NCBI RefSeq assembly: GCF_006345805.1
Contig: NC_043002.1
Location: 77,748,001 to 77,812,000 of the forward strand
Length of the DNA stretch: 64,000 nt
Direction: 5' to 3'
From: Octopus sinensis
Lineage: Eukaryota
The first letter of the stretch is position 1. Each line of letters begins with the position of its first letter. The notes below the pieces were generated by a model. The model ran no database searches. It was not told the origin of the DNA and saw nothing but the letters and a program-made list of their open reading frames with translations. Shown one piece after another: positions 13,036-25,379 of this stretch. The position numbers and the translations under genes were made by a program.

Positions 13036-13216
13036 GCGTGAAAAAGTGGACAAATTTTTTGATGATTTCCAATCACGATTACAGTGGCATACTCCGGACG
13101 AATGGTAACAGTAATCCGTAGGTGTAAAAATCCAGAAATTGGTTATCCAAGTCAGTCAGAAGGCCGGGGTCAATGTATATATATATATTCATATAGACAT
13201 ATATATATATACATAC

Positions 13217-13269
<53 letters not shown>

Positions 13270-13279
13270 TACATATATG

Positions 13280-13311
<32 letters not shown>

Positions 13312-13369
13312 TATGTATATGTATATATATATATACATATATATATATGTATATATATATATGTATATA

Positions 13370-13838
13370 TTGAAAGGGCAAGACTGCTAGGTAGTCGGCC
13401 AAATGCTAGAAATAGATCACCAACGATCAAACTACAAATAATGTTCTCTAGAGGAAAATTCAGCAGTTCTTTGGTTCAGGAATTTTTAGCATGCCAGAAC
13501 TAAGACATTTGAAATTTATCCCTAATGTAATCGGTAAAACTAAACACGTGTCTGTTTTGGCACAGAAAGCTGGGGTTAGTTTTTCAGATTGCATTTTGTC
13601 TGAACAATCGCACTGACGAAACTACGGACATTTGAATTATGTAAGTAATTCTTTTGTTAATAGTTGAAGCCGAGGTATGTGATTAATTCTGTTTTTTTAT
13701 ATAATTTTCATCTGTCTTGCCCGCCTAATTGGTTCTGGTGTTCGCTGAATTTTCCTCTGGAGAACATTCTTTGTAGTTTGATCGTTGGTGATCTATTTCT
13801 AGCATTCGGCCAACTACCTAGCAGTCTTGCCCTTTCAA
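13370..13838. mobile_element. 469-bp foldback/MITE with ~97-bp terminal inverted repeats, TA-flanked
   Basis: TA|TTGAAAGGGCAAGACTGCTAGG...CCTAGCAGTCTTGCCCTTTCAA|TA, with arms about 95% identical. Confidence 0.85.
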
Positions 13839-13939
13839 TATACACATGTATTAGAATTTTCTCTGATTTTTCAGATTTTTTGTATGCTAGGCTACTGGTT
13901 TTAAATTAATATTAATTTATCTCCCTCATTATTTAAATA

Positions 13940-14183
<244 letters not shown>

Positions 14184-14189
14184 CGAAAT

Positions 14190-14540
14190 CGAATTGAACC
14201 AGCCAGGATCCCTGGTCTGGTGGTACGTAAAAAGCACTATCTGACTCGTGGCCGATGCCAGCACCGCCTCGACTGGCTTCCGTGCCAGTGGCACATAAAA
14301 TACACCAATCCGACCGTGGCCGTTGCCAGCCTCGCCTGGCACCTGTGCAGGTGGCACGTAAAAAGCACCCACTACACTCACGGAGTGGTTGGCGTTAGGA
14401 AGGGCATCCAGCTGTAGAAACATTGCCAGATAAGACTGGAGCCTGGTGCAGCCTTCTGACTTCCCAGATCCCCGATCGAACTGTCCAACCCATGCTAGCA
14501 TGGAGAACGGACGTTAAACGTTGATGATGATGATGATGAT
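14190..14540 (+). mobile_element. RTE 3' UTR/tail copy inserted in (TA)n
   Basis: ggcacgtaaaaagcacc...ccaacccatgctagcatgg...(GAT)n. Confidence 0.85.
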
Positions 14541-14584
14541 GTATATATATATATTATATGTATATATATATATATATATATATG

Positions 14585-14632
<48 letters not shown>

Positions 14633-14641
14633 TATGTATAT

Positions 14642-14723
<82 letters not shown>

Positions 14724-14806
14724 ATACATATATTATATATATATATATATATAATATATATATATATATATTATATATATATAATATATATATATATATA
14801 TACATA

Positions 14807-15031
14807 CCGGAGTAAACACATAAATGTGAAACAAGGTGGAAAAAAAGAGTACTCAAATACCAGTGGTAGAGTAATATGCTTTATTTAAAGCAGCAGAAAA
14901 TTCTACAAAACCTGTTACTCTAAGTTTCGCGTTGCCGTTCATCGGACAGTTTTTGCTAAAACTGTCCAATGAACGGCAACGCGAAACTCAGAGTAACAGG
15001 TTTTGTAGAATTTTCAGCTGCTTTAAATGAA

Positions 15032-15032
<1 letters not shown>
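14807..15032. mobile_element. Palindromic HHR-bearing element, family P1 (Penelope-like)
   Basis: Hairpin at 14879-15032 plus a unique ~70-bp extension. Both ends lie in TA. Same architecture as 23818-24046 in the opposite orientation. Confidence 0.8.
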
Positions 15033-15082
<50 letters not shown>

Positions 15083-15134
15083 CATATGTATGTATATGTA
15101 TATATAAATGCATGTATGTATGTATGAATGTATG

Positions 15135-15345
15135 TCATTATCATCATAATTTAATGCCTGTTTTCCATGCTGGCATGGGTTGGATGGTTTGACAGGAGCT
15201 GGGAAGCCAAAGGGCTGCACCAGGCCCCAGTTGTCTGTTTTGGTATGGTTTCTATGACTTAATGCTTTACAGAGTGTACTGGGTGCTTTTTACATGACAC
15301 CAGCACAGGCGCTTTTCATGTGGCACTGACATGGGTACCCTTTAC
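15135..15345 (-). mobile_element. RTE-type 3' tail, diverged
   Basis: ttttccatgctggcatgggttgga...ctgcaccagg. Confidence 0.7.
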
Positions 15346-15479
15346 ATAGTGCCAGCATGGATGCATATATGCGCACATGCATGTGTGTGCGTGTGTATGT
15401 GTGTGGGGTGAATTTGTGTGCGTGTGTACATGCATGTGCGTATGCATGTATGTCTGTGTGTGTGTGTGTTTGCATACGT

Positions 15480-15714
15480 GCGTATGTATGTTTGAGTCCC
15501 CTTGTGTTCATATTGCATGATTGTTGTAAATGAATGTCATTCGTTTCCGATACTCTATGAAAACATGCCTGGCCATGAGAAAATATTATTTGTTTAGAAA
15601 CACGAATGGATTGGTGATAGCCATAAGCCATAGAAAATCCAGCCATAGAAAATCAGCATCAATAAATTCAGTCCAACCCATGCAAGTATGGAAAAGTCAA
15701 CATTAAAATGACAA

Positions 15715-15735
<21 letters not shown>
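15480..15735 (+). mobile_element. SINE body ending in an RTE-type tail
   Basis: Related to 30800-31005 and 48995-49400. Ends ccaacccatgcaagtatggaaaag...(GAT)n. Confidence 0.55.
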
Positions 15736-15748
<13 letters not shown>

Positions 15749-16671
15749 GGTGGTAGTGGCAGCAGCAACGGTGGCAGTGGTAGTAGTGATGATGATGATG
15801 GTTGAGTAAGTCTGCCCATAATTGCTTCAATATAAAGCCTTTGATTTCCAGTATCTCCTGCATTAAAGCATGTGTGTCTGATCAATCATATCTTCCCATC
15901 ATTAGTTATGTCCCAGTGCACAGTTAGCCGCACTGATTCAGACAAATACACAGACACTACCCTGATAACTTTTTTTACACTGATAGCAATGCTTTCGCCA
16001 TTGTCATCATCATGAACCACAAAATTATACCTTACTGTCTTATATAAGGGGGGCAACACACTGGATAACGTAATCCTACTCACCTCTAAAAAAGACAGGA
16101 TGATCATGACTGGAAAGTCTTTGATCATAAGTCTACTCAATCAGAACTGACTTGGAAGTAAACAATAGCAACATCATCATCATCGTCATCGTCAGCGTCA
16201 GCGTCATCATCATCATCATCATCATCATCATCACAATCATCATCATCATCATCAACATCCACAACAGAAAATTTTGTTAAATATTATCAAGTCAGATTAA
16301 ACTGGTTTATACATACAAATATACATAATCTATAATATAGGATGACTTTAAAATCAACCAAGGTATAGCTAGAGATCAATACAAATCAGCTGATTTGATT
16401 TATAGTGCTAGTAGGGGCTAACAAGATTATAGCCTGCAAGGCGACAGACATAGAAATATAGAAAGGATACACTTAATTGTCTAAAAGATGCTATCACAAA
16501 AATGAAAACAATAAATTCTTCTTTAAAGGTGAATGTATAAATAAATTTACAAATACACACACATGCACAGACATGATTACAGGCAAGTTCACTGCCATCA
16601 ATTCACGGTGAGGAAAGTTCACCACGAGGAAAATTTACCAAGAAAATATATACATAGTATCTCACCATTAT

Positions 16672-16995
16672 ATCCCTTGGGCAAGTGTCTTCTACTATAG
16701 CCTCGGGCTGACCAAAGCCTTGTGAAGGGATTTGGTAGATGGAAACTGAAAGAAGCCCGTCGTATATATGTATATGTATATATATATGTGTGTGTGTTGG
16801 TGTGTCTGTATTTGTCCTCCCAACATCGTTTGACAACCAATGCTGGTGTGTTTACATCCCCGTAACTTAGCAGTTCAGCAAAAAAGACTGATAGAATAAG
16901 TACTAGGCTTACAAAGAATGGGTCGATTTGCTTGACTAAAGGTGGTGCTCCAGCATCGCCGCAGTCAAATGACTGAAACAAATAAAAGAGTAAAA
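16672..16995 (+). mobile_element. SINE family A lacking its head
   Basis: cttgggcaagtgtcttctactatagcc...gactgaaacaaataaaagag. Confidence 0.85.
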
Positions 16996-17016
16996 GAGTA
17001 TTTGTAGTTAAAAACT

Positions 17017-17410
17017 TTTTTACATCTCGTTCTGAGATTTAATAATGCTTACAGTCAGTTTTTCGAAATCAGTGGCAGACGCCACTAGAAAAACTCTTGT
17101 ATATTTGCAAACAGGCCTTGTCTTTCATCGTGATCTGGTGATTACCGCCCGTTGATAAGAGACAATAATCTCGAAACCGGTCCGGTGCGTATCACTCAGG
17201 CTTACGAGAAAGGGATGGCCTCCCTTTGCAAATACTTTCAGGGCACAGAAAATGTGTCTAAAGCCAGCTGGAGACGATGATCTCCTGGGGCTAAATAGCT
17301 ACAGTAACCCCCCCCCCCCCTTTGTGGTTAGCCATATTGAGATGGCTTTTATACTTTACATTGTCGAGCGATTACTGTTTACATCTCGTTCTGAGATTTA
17401 ATAATGCTTA
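17017..17410 (+). mobile_element. Retrozyme-like insertion: 359-bp unit plus 33-bp terminal redundancy, one HHR
   Basis: Direct repeat TTTACATCTCGTTCTGAGATTTAATAATGCTTA at 17019-17051 and 17378-17410. Flanks GTTAAAAACT at 17007-17016 and 17411-17420. Confidence 0.75.
17137..17196 (+). ncRNA. Type I hammerhead ribozyme, U3-A8 core variant
   Basis: CGCCCG-TTGATAA-GAGA(CAATAA)TCTC-GAAA-CCG-GTC-CGG(T)GCG. Helix III is the ACCGGT palindrome, the site is GUC, and helix I extends to about 13 bp with bulges. Confidence 0.8.
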
Positions 17411-17507
17411 GTTAAAAACTATTTTATTGAAAAAAAACAATGGTGAATTGATGGTGGTGAACTTACCAGACATGCAAGCGCACCTGCACATATTTATATA
17501 TACAGAC

Positions 17508-17745
17508 TCAGGTGTGGCTGTGTGGTAAGAAGACTGCTTCCTGGCCACATATATATAACATGCGAAGGCTTGTGGTCTAGCATTTAGTGTTTGTGCTCGT
17601 GATTGCAAGATCTGGTTTCAAATCCTGGACTGGGCAATGCATTTTGTTCTTGAGCCCAAAATGCTATGCAGTGGGACTGAACCTGAAACCATGTGGTTGA
17701 GAAAGAAACTTCTTACAACACAGCCACACCTACATACACACACTA
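17508..17745. mobile_element. Cluster of SINE head fragments in both orientations
   Basis: A family A head, a CORE-type head and an inverted family A head. Confidence 0.55.
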
Positions 17746-17781
17746 ACACACACACACACATATACATACATACACATATAC

Positions 17782-17879
<98 letters not shown>

Positions 17880-18464
17880 AAAGGAAAAAATTATAATAAT
17901 AAGGCAGAATGCTAAACTGAAAGCAAATTTTAATAAAAATGGATGTAAGAAAAATTAAAAAAGGAAGAAACCGGCTTTCATGGCAAGGCAAATTTTCAAG
18001 ATTTGGAAATGGAAAAAAAATTTTTTTAAGTTGAGGAAGGGGAAGAAAATTATTTACAATGTTTTTTTCAAAAAAAAATAATTATATACAAAAATTAATA
18101 AATAAGTATACTAATACATTATAGTGTCTTTATGCTTTTAAAGTTCAATATTATTCCATATATATATTATATATATATATATCACATTCATACATGCACA
18201 CGCGCACACACACGCACACACACACACACACATTCATACTCACACACACATGTACAAGCATACATTCAGAGGCACCAAATATCAATCTATCTATTCACAA
18301 AGCTATAAAACATTATTTAATTAGTTAAACATGATAATAAGAACATTAATCAAATTAGTAAACAATATTAGTTAAATTAGTTAAACAAGATAATAATGAT
18401 AAAATGATGCTGCATTTTCACCCAGCATACTTATACTTAAACACACAGAAGCATACATACATAA

Positions 18465-18846
18465 GAATGGAGAGGTGGTTAAGGCATTTGCTTCCCAACC
18501 ATGTAGTTTTGTGTTCTATTCCACTGCATGCCACCTTGTGTATGAGTGTTCTACTATAGCCTCAGGCCAACCAATGCCATGTGAACAAAACTAGCAGTTA
18601 GAAATTGTGTGAAGGTGGAGAGCTGGAAGAATCATTAGCATGCCGGGCGAAATGCTTAGTGGTATTTCCTTTGCTGCTACGTTCTGAGTTCAAATTCCAC
18701 TGAGGTCGACTTTGCCTTTCATCCTTTTGGGGTTGATTAAATAATTACCAGTCACACACTGGGGTCGATATAATTGACTTAATCCATTTGTCTGTCCTTG
18801 TTTGTCCCCTGTGTGTAGCCCCTTGTAGGTAGTAAAGAAATAAGAA
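18465..18846 (+). mobile_element. SINE family A head followed by a full SINE family C
   Basis: Family C begins gagctggaagaatcattagcatgccgggcg at about 18618. Confidence 0.8.
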
Positions 18847-19163
18847 ACTGTGTGGAAGCCCAGGGGGGAAGCACAGTGTGTGTGTGTGTGTGTGTGTGTG
18901 TTGTGTGTGTGTGTGTGTATGCGTGCGCATGTGTGTGTGTGTGTGCGCAACATACGAAAATGAATACCACATCTTCAACAAAAAAATTGTGAGTTACTTG
19001 TTGGATTTAAGAGCCATTGTAGAGGCTATGGTCACCGAAAAAATTTTAAATATAAAAAGAAAACAGAAACAAGATAACTGGTCAGTGATGGTCATACTTG
19101 TCTAGCAAGTCGACAGCCATCATGTATGCATGCATGGATAGTAGCACAGCCTGCTATACTTAC

Positions 19164-19253
19164 ATCTTCATTTTTGCTCATTGATACATAACCAACTCTT
19201 TGATGGGAGAGTAATGTAACAGGTCTCAATTTGAACGTGGATTCTTTTTTCAA
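19164..19253 (-). CDS. Candidate 90-nt host exon (LKKESTFKLRPVTLLSHQRVGYVSMSKNED), product unknown
   Basis: Pyrimidine-rich acceptor ...ttgtttactaaaacctag, donor GAT|GTAAGT, open phase-0 frame. No homology recognised. Confidence 0.22.
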
Positions 19254-19959
19254 CTAGGTTTTAGTAAACAACAAAACAGGATCTTTCACATTGAAGGATG
19301 ATATCATGAAAAAACTAACCAATGATACCCAACAAATATACACTTAAATGTTTGAATGATGTCAGTAAAAGTTTTAATGAATCCCCAAATTGTTGGTTGA
19401 AAATCAGTCAAACATTAATTAAACTAAACATGGCTCATAAAAAGGTTAGCAAACAACAGGAAGAGGATCAAACAAATACAATCACAGACAAACAGAGAAA
19501 GCTGCAATCATGCATTAAGTTAGGCTTAGTTCAATATCAGTTGTTTTTGACAACTAGACTGAACAGCAGGAACATTTTGCAACAACCAATGACCAAACTG
19601 CAACTAACTTAAAAACCCACCATCGCAGAGGACACTCATATTTATTCCCTTACCCTCTCTCTTTCTTCCTTCATCTCTGTATCTTTCGTCTACACACATT
19701 CATACCAAAATGTCTAACTAAATTACTAAGGTGAATGCAGCATTCTCTTACAGAATCAGGCTACAACGTCACTCCCATTTGTCTGATACAATTTTATCAT
19801 TTTCTTTTCTTGGAACAGACATGTTCCATTTTCAATTATTACCAATCAAAAAGATGATGAACTTAAATGACAGGCTACTTTTATTTCTCTTTAGGCCCTT
19901 TTATCTTTGCACAATTACTCTTATTGCTAAATATGTATATATGTATATGTATGTCAACA

Positions 19960-20235
19960 GACAGGCAAACAGGCAAACAGGCAAACAGACAGATAGCCAC
20001 ACAGACAGACTGACACACAGAGTCATATAAACGGATGCACAGAAACACACATACAAGCAGGCACACCGACAGACACACAGATGGGCACACCGACAGATAC
20101 AGGCAGACAACAGACAGATGGACAGACAGACATACAGATAGACACACAGATAGCCAGACACACAGAATACTTAGACAGATAGACAGCCGGACAGATAGAC
20201 AATCAGATAGCGAGGCACACAGACACTTAGTCAGA
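19960..20235. repeat. Degenerate (ACAG)n tetranucleotide array
   Basis: Seen directly. Confidence 0.9.
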
Positions 20236-21066
20236 TAAGAACAAATGTATGTGGAATCATTTTATGAGAGTTATTCTCAACACTACCCCCTTTTCCTTCT
20301 CCACCACCACCAGCACCACCATCACTGCCACTAACACCATCAACATCATATTTTCAACTAATAAGTCAATAGCTTTCATAGCTATTCTGCTAAACTAAAA
20401 ACGATCTTACTCTAAACATTTTTATAATCCTCACATCCTGATATTGTACAGCTTTCAGTAAGATACAGCAATGTTCATTTACCATGGAAACTTGAATTAA
20501 TCTCCAGTAATGATAAAAAAAAAACAGAACCATTGAAATTCCTTATTTTTTTCCCCTCTCCATTTTCTTTTCCTTTTTTAAAGTCTTTTTTCTTTTCCCT
20601 TTTACATTTTCCCATTTCTATTATTAATCAGCTTCTTATTTCAGTAGAAGAAATCTTAGATTCTAAATTCAAACAGGTTGTTCTTTCATAAGATTGCTTA
20701 CAATGAAACAAAATACTGAGGCATACCCTAAATATTACTACATGCACGTCATACATTAACACTGTAGAACATGCATGTTATACAATAATACTGTACAACA
20801 TGCATGTGGTACTTTAATATTGTTTTTCACAAGAAACCTGAGGGAATTCTCCTCTGCTGATTTTTCATCCCATATAAGAATATATTTCAACCTCTTGTTT
20901 TGATGAACATACTACTGTCATCCATATTAGATATACTGATGGTTTTCATAGAAAGAGATTGAAAAATCCTTATATACACATATAGACACAACATATAGTT
21001 AATTCATATTAATATATATGTGCGTGTTTATATATGTGTATCTGTGTATATATGTATGATATCATC

Positions 21067-21103
<37 letters not shown>

Positions 21104-21114
21104 TAAATTTATAA

Positions 21115-21298
21115 ACAAAGGACCATGTTATAAATAAACAATATTATCAATTGATTTCATGCAAAATCTATTCCCTTTAATAAGGGAAAGAGAGAGACTC
21201 TAACAATTGAAGAGTCTCTTTCTCCCTTATAAAGAAAGATTGATTTTGCATGAAATTGATTGTTAATACTGCTTGTCTATAACACTTCCTAGTTTATA
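21115..21298. repeat. Old imperfect palindrome (~185 bp) between TA tracts
   Basis: Arms about 75% complementary around agactct-aacaattga-agagtct. Confidence 0.7.
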
Positions 21299-21314
21299 AT
21301 TTCAAACTGAAGTG

Positions 21315-21349
<35 letters not shown>

Positions 21350-21382
21350 CACATATATATATATATTTTTCTTTTTTTCTTC

Positions 21383-21586
21383 TTTTACTTGTTTCAGTCA
21401 TTTGACTGTGGCCATGCTGGAGCACCGCCTTTAGTTGAACAAATCAACCCCGGGACTTATTCTTTGTAAGCCCAGTACTTATTCTATCGGTCTCTTTTGC
21501 CGAACCACTAAGTGACGGGGACGTAAACACACCAGCATCGGTTGTCAAGCATTGCTAGAGGGACAAACACAGACACACAAACATAT

Positions 21587-21629
<43 letters not shown>

Positions 21630-21795
21630 TACAACAGGCTTCTTTCAGTTTCCGTCTACCAAATCCACTCACAAGGCTTTGGTCGGCCCAAGGCTATAGC
21701 AGAAGACACTTGCCCAAGATGCCACGCAGTGGGACTGAACCCGAACTATGTGGTTGATTAGCAAGCTACGTACCACACAGACACTCCTGCGCCTA
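21383..21795 (-). mobile_element. SINE family A, full length
   Basis: tRNA-like head, CORE-like block, internal (TA/CA)n and 3' domain. Confidence 0.9.
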
Positions 21796-23109
21796 TATAT
21801 ATATATATCTTTTAAATTTGTTTATGGTAATGTTTTGAACATGCAAATAAAGCTCCTATTCCATTATGCCGGTAAAAAGAGAAAAACATCCCTTGGTGGT
21901 TCATCCACTAATGTGAAATGAATCAACGATGATGATCAACCAGATGCCCAAGGATACTACTTTAATGATTACACACTGTAATCATCCCAGGAATATGGAC
22001 TGTAATCTTCCTGTGTGTACAGTAAGATGTATGACTCCGAAATGAGTAAGATTTATGACTCCGGAAATGAGCTTTCAATTAACAACACTTTATTCTTCCG
22101 CTAAATTGTCGAGTTTTGTGATTTGCTTATTTCATAAGTACCAGTATAGGAACAAGGATCAAATAGCTGTAAACTACAAATTTCTCTCTGACCGTAATGG
22201 AGGCACAACCAACAGCAGAATGTATGAGAAGGGGTAACAACATCAACCATGATTCAATAGTGATGGAAGCAATTGTGTGTTTCCATTTATTTTAATTGCA
22301 ATTTATATTTAAAAAAAAGTGGACAAGTTCACATAAAACTCATACATGCCATGTGACCAGTAGTTTTTAATTATTTAAACAAATATACAGCATTTGTTAC
22401 ATATTCATTAGGAGTTCAGTACAAATTATACAGTGAAACTAATTGATACATCATGAAGAATGCTGTCTGTAGAAAATCCTACATACTTGACTTTTCAACT
22501 CAGTTGAATTTGGTTACATGTGTTTCAACAGGAACAAAAGTAATGTGACATAGCTACCTGAAAAAAAACTCTCCCCTCTGAATTAAAATGAAAAACAAAA
22601 AGGGGCTCAGACGAGCTTTTTAATTTGCCACTTTTGGTGGTCTATTGCACAACGCAATTAGATACAAGTTCAGTATCCCACATAAAACTAGACCAATTTA
22701 AATGTCTGACACTGCAAAGTGTTTCAAAGTTACATGACTGATCGCATGACCAATCATTAGAGACTTATACATAAAGACTTTTTTAGATTATTTAAATTTA
22801 AAACGTGCAATTAAGAAATTAGTCTTGCTACAGAACAGTGAATGAGATTTATATATTATAGTTCCTGGCTGGAAGACTTAATATGCTGCACAACTTAACA
22901 CCACCACCAAATCTTGGGTACCTTTAGCAGTGAACATTTTTATTACAAGCATCTGAGACAGGTCTCTGATTTGAGGACAGCTTCCACTCTTCCTCCTGTC
23001 AGTATCAAAGCCCCAAATAATGCATCATCATTGCTATCACCTTTCTCACCCTGAGTGCATGGTAAAGAAAATGAGATGCATATACAAAACCAAAGAGATA
23101 CATATTATA

Positions 23110-23345
23110 TCATTCTCATTGTTATCAAACATCCGTTTTCCATGCTGGCTTGGATTGGACAGTTTGATAGGAGCTGGAAAGACTAAAAGGTGCACCAGGC
23201 TTTCTTGTCTGTTTTTGCATGGTTTCTACAGCTGGATGCCCTTCCTAAAACCAACCACTTTACAGAGTGTACTGAGAGCTTTTTATATGGCACCAGCATC
23301 AGTGCCTTTTAAGTGGCACAAGCACTAACAAGGTCACCAAGTAAC
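23110..23345 (-). mobile_element. RTE-type 3' tail
   Basis: ccgttttccatgctggc...ggatgcccttcctaa. Confidence 0.75.
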
Positions 23346-23514
23346 TTGCAATATATATGTGTGTGTGTATGTATGTATGTATGTATGTATATATATATGT
23401 GTATGCGTATATATGTATGTATGTATATATATATGTGTATGCATATGTATGTATGTATATATATATATATATGTATATGTATTTATCTATCTATCCATCA
23501 ATCAATCTATCTAG

Positions 23515-23785
23515 CTATATCACCGTGACCGACCAGGCTATCAGATGTTGCTACACATCGCTGGTCACAATGTGCTTCGCAATGTTTTAGCCTTCAAATG
23601 ACGCCACCCCGCTGGCTAGGTGAGCAGGCCAACTGAAGAAAGAGTGAAAGAAAGTTGTGGCAAAAGAGTACAGCAGAGATCGCCACCACCCTCTGCCGGA
23701 GCCTCGTGGAGCTTTAAGTGTTTTCGCTCAATAAACACTCACAACGCCTGGTCTGGAAATCAAAACCGCGAGTCCACTGCGCCTC
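23515..23785 (-). mobile_element. SINE family F
   Basis: Shares gtggagcttta...ctcaataaacactca...aaaccgc with 31008-31130, which carries a tRNA-like head. Confidence 0.65.
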
Positions 23786-23817
23786 CCTATCTAGCTATAT
23801 ATATATATATATATATA

Positions 23818-24046
23818 CTTTATTTAAAGCAGCAGAAAATTCAACAAAACCTGTTACTCTGAGTTTCCCGTTGCCGTTCATCGGACAGTTTTTGCTAGCA
23901 AAAACTGTCCGATGAACAGCAACGGGAAACTCAGAGTAACAAGTTTTGTTGAATTTTCTGCTGCTTTAAATAAAGCATATTACTCTACCACTGGTATTTG
24001 AGTACTCTTTTTTCCACCTTGTTTCACATTTATGTGTTTACTCCGG
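23818..24046. mobile_element. Palindromic HHR-bearing element, family P1
   Basis: 158-bp palindrome at 23818-23975 (axis GC-TA-GC at 23896/23897, 2 mismatches) plus a unique extension ending CCGG|TA. Confidence 0.85.
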
Positions 24047-24289
24047 TATATACATATAAATATAAGAGTCCCTTGTTGCCCATCCTGCATTTTCAATATC
24101 ATCCCATTCCACTAAACGCCCTCTCATATCTGCCATCAAGAGCTCCCCCACCTTTGTTTGTCACTCCATACAACATATCTCTAACCTCTATTTTCTGATC
24201 ACTGTGTGTCCTTTTCTCTCCCCACAAAGCCATCTTCCTCAGTATTGCATCCCCACTCAGGTGGGGGTGAGGGTCTCGTTTTGAAAGTT

Positions 24290-24496
24290 ACTTGATGACC
24301 TCACAAGTGGTAGCACCATAAAAAAAACAATAAAAACATCTAGTACACTCTTTAAAGTAGTCGGTATTGGGAAGGGCATCCAGACATAGAAACCCTGCCA
24401 AAGTAGGCACTGAAGCTCAACATACTCCTCTGGCTCATCAGATACTGCCAAACTATCCAACCCATGCCAGCTTGAAACAACAATGTTAAATAATAT

Positions 24497-24535
<39 letters not shown>
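24290..24535 (+). mobile_element. RTE-type 3' tail
   Basis: gggaagggcatccag...ccaacccatgccagc...(GAT)n. Confidence 0.7.
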
Positions 24536-24536
<1 letters not shown>

Positions 24537-24743
24537 ATGTTATTCATACAAATACACACACATGCACACATACACACACACCATACCACCTTACCTGAGC
24601 AACAATTCAACAACAATAAAATAGAGCAATCTTAAGAAAATCAATGTTTCTCAAGACTATGAAACATTGGATAGTTTAGTTATCCAATCAAGAAACAAGC
24701 ATATGTTAAATATGACAACCCAACTGGCTGGTTTGAATTTTAA

Positions 24744-24774
<31 letters not shown>

Positions 24775-25282
24775 ATACATTATGTGCATTTTTATTTGTT
24801 GTGCTTGAGTCAATGTCTTTCTTTTTTGTTTTTGCTATTATCACGGAAAAAGTCTTGGTGTCTCCCTAATTACCTCTATGGCATAGCAATAAATATTTTG
24901 ACAAAGGGGGACAAACAGAAAGCAAGAGAAAAAGAGAAAGTGAGAAAGACATACAAGAGAAAGAAATAGAGTCACAAAATGTCATGGTAAACATTGCTTA
25001 ATGTAAAGTGCACAAGGTTGCCATCGACAACATTAAGTGTTAATGATAAAACTCAACAGGCCTTTGTTACTAATTGTCAATAACAGAAGATCAGGGGGGG
25101 GAAAAAAATCGATAATCAATGAGATTTGCTCAGAAGACTTGCTGGAAAGTTTTATTTCTGTCCACAAGCTGCTGCAGTAAACAAGAGTTAAAGCAACTAA
25201 TGAAGCAAAAAGTCAAGTCAAACTGCCGCTTCTTATACACATACATACATACATACATACATACAGATAGACAGACAGACTG

Positions 25283-25335
<53 letters not shown>

Positions 25336-25379
25336 TAGAAAGATAGACAGATAGACAGATATATATATATATATATATA

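Noticed and set aside
13605-13630. CTGACGAAAC resembling a fused HHR core
   Set aside because: No helix II or helix I.
22487-22557. 71-nt minus-strand exon candidate with good splice signals
   Set aside because: Stops occur in all three frames. It could only be non-coding and nothing else supports it.
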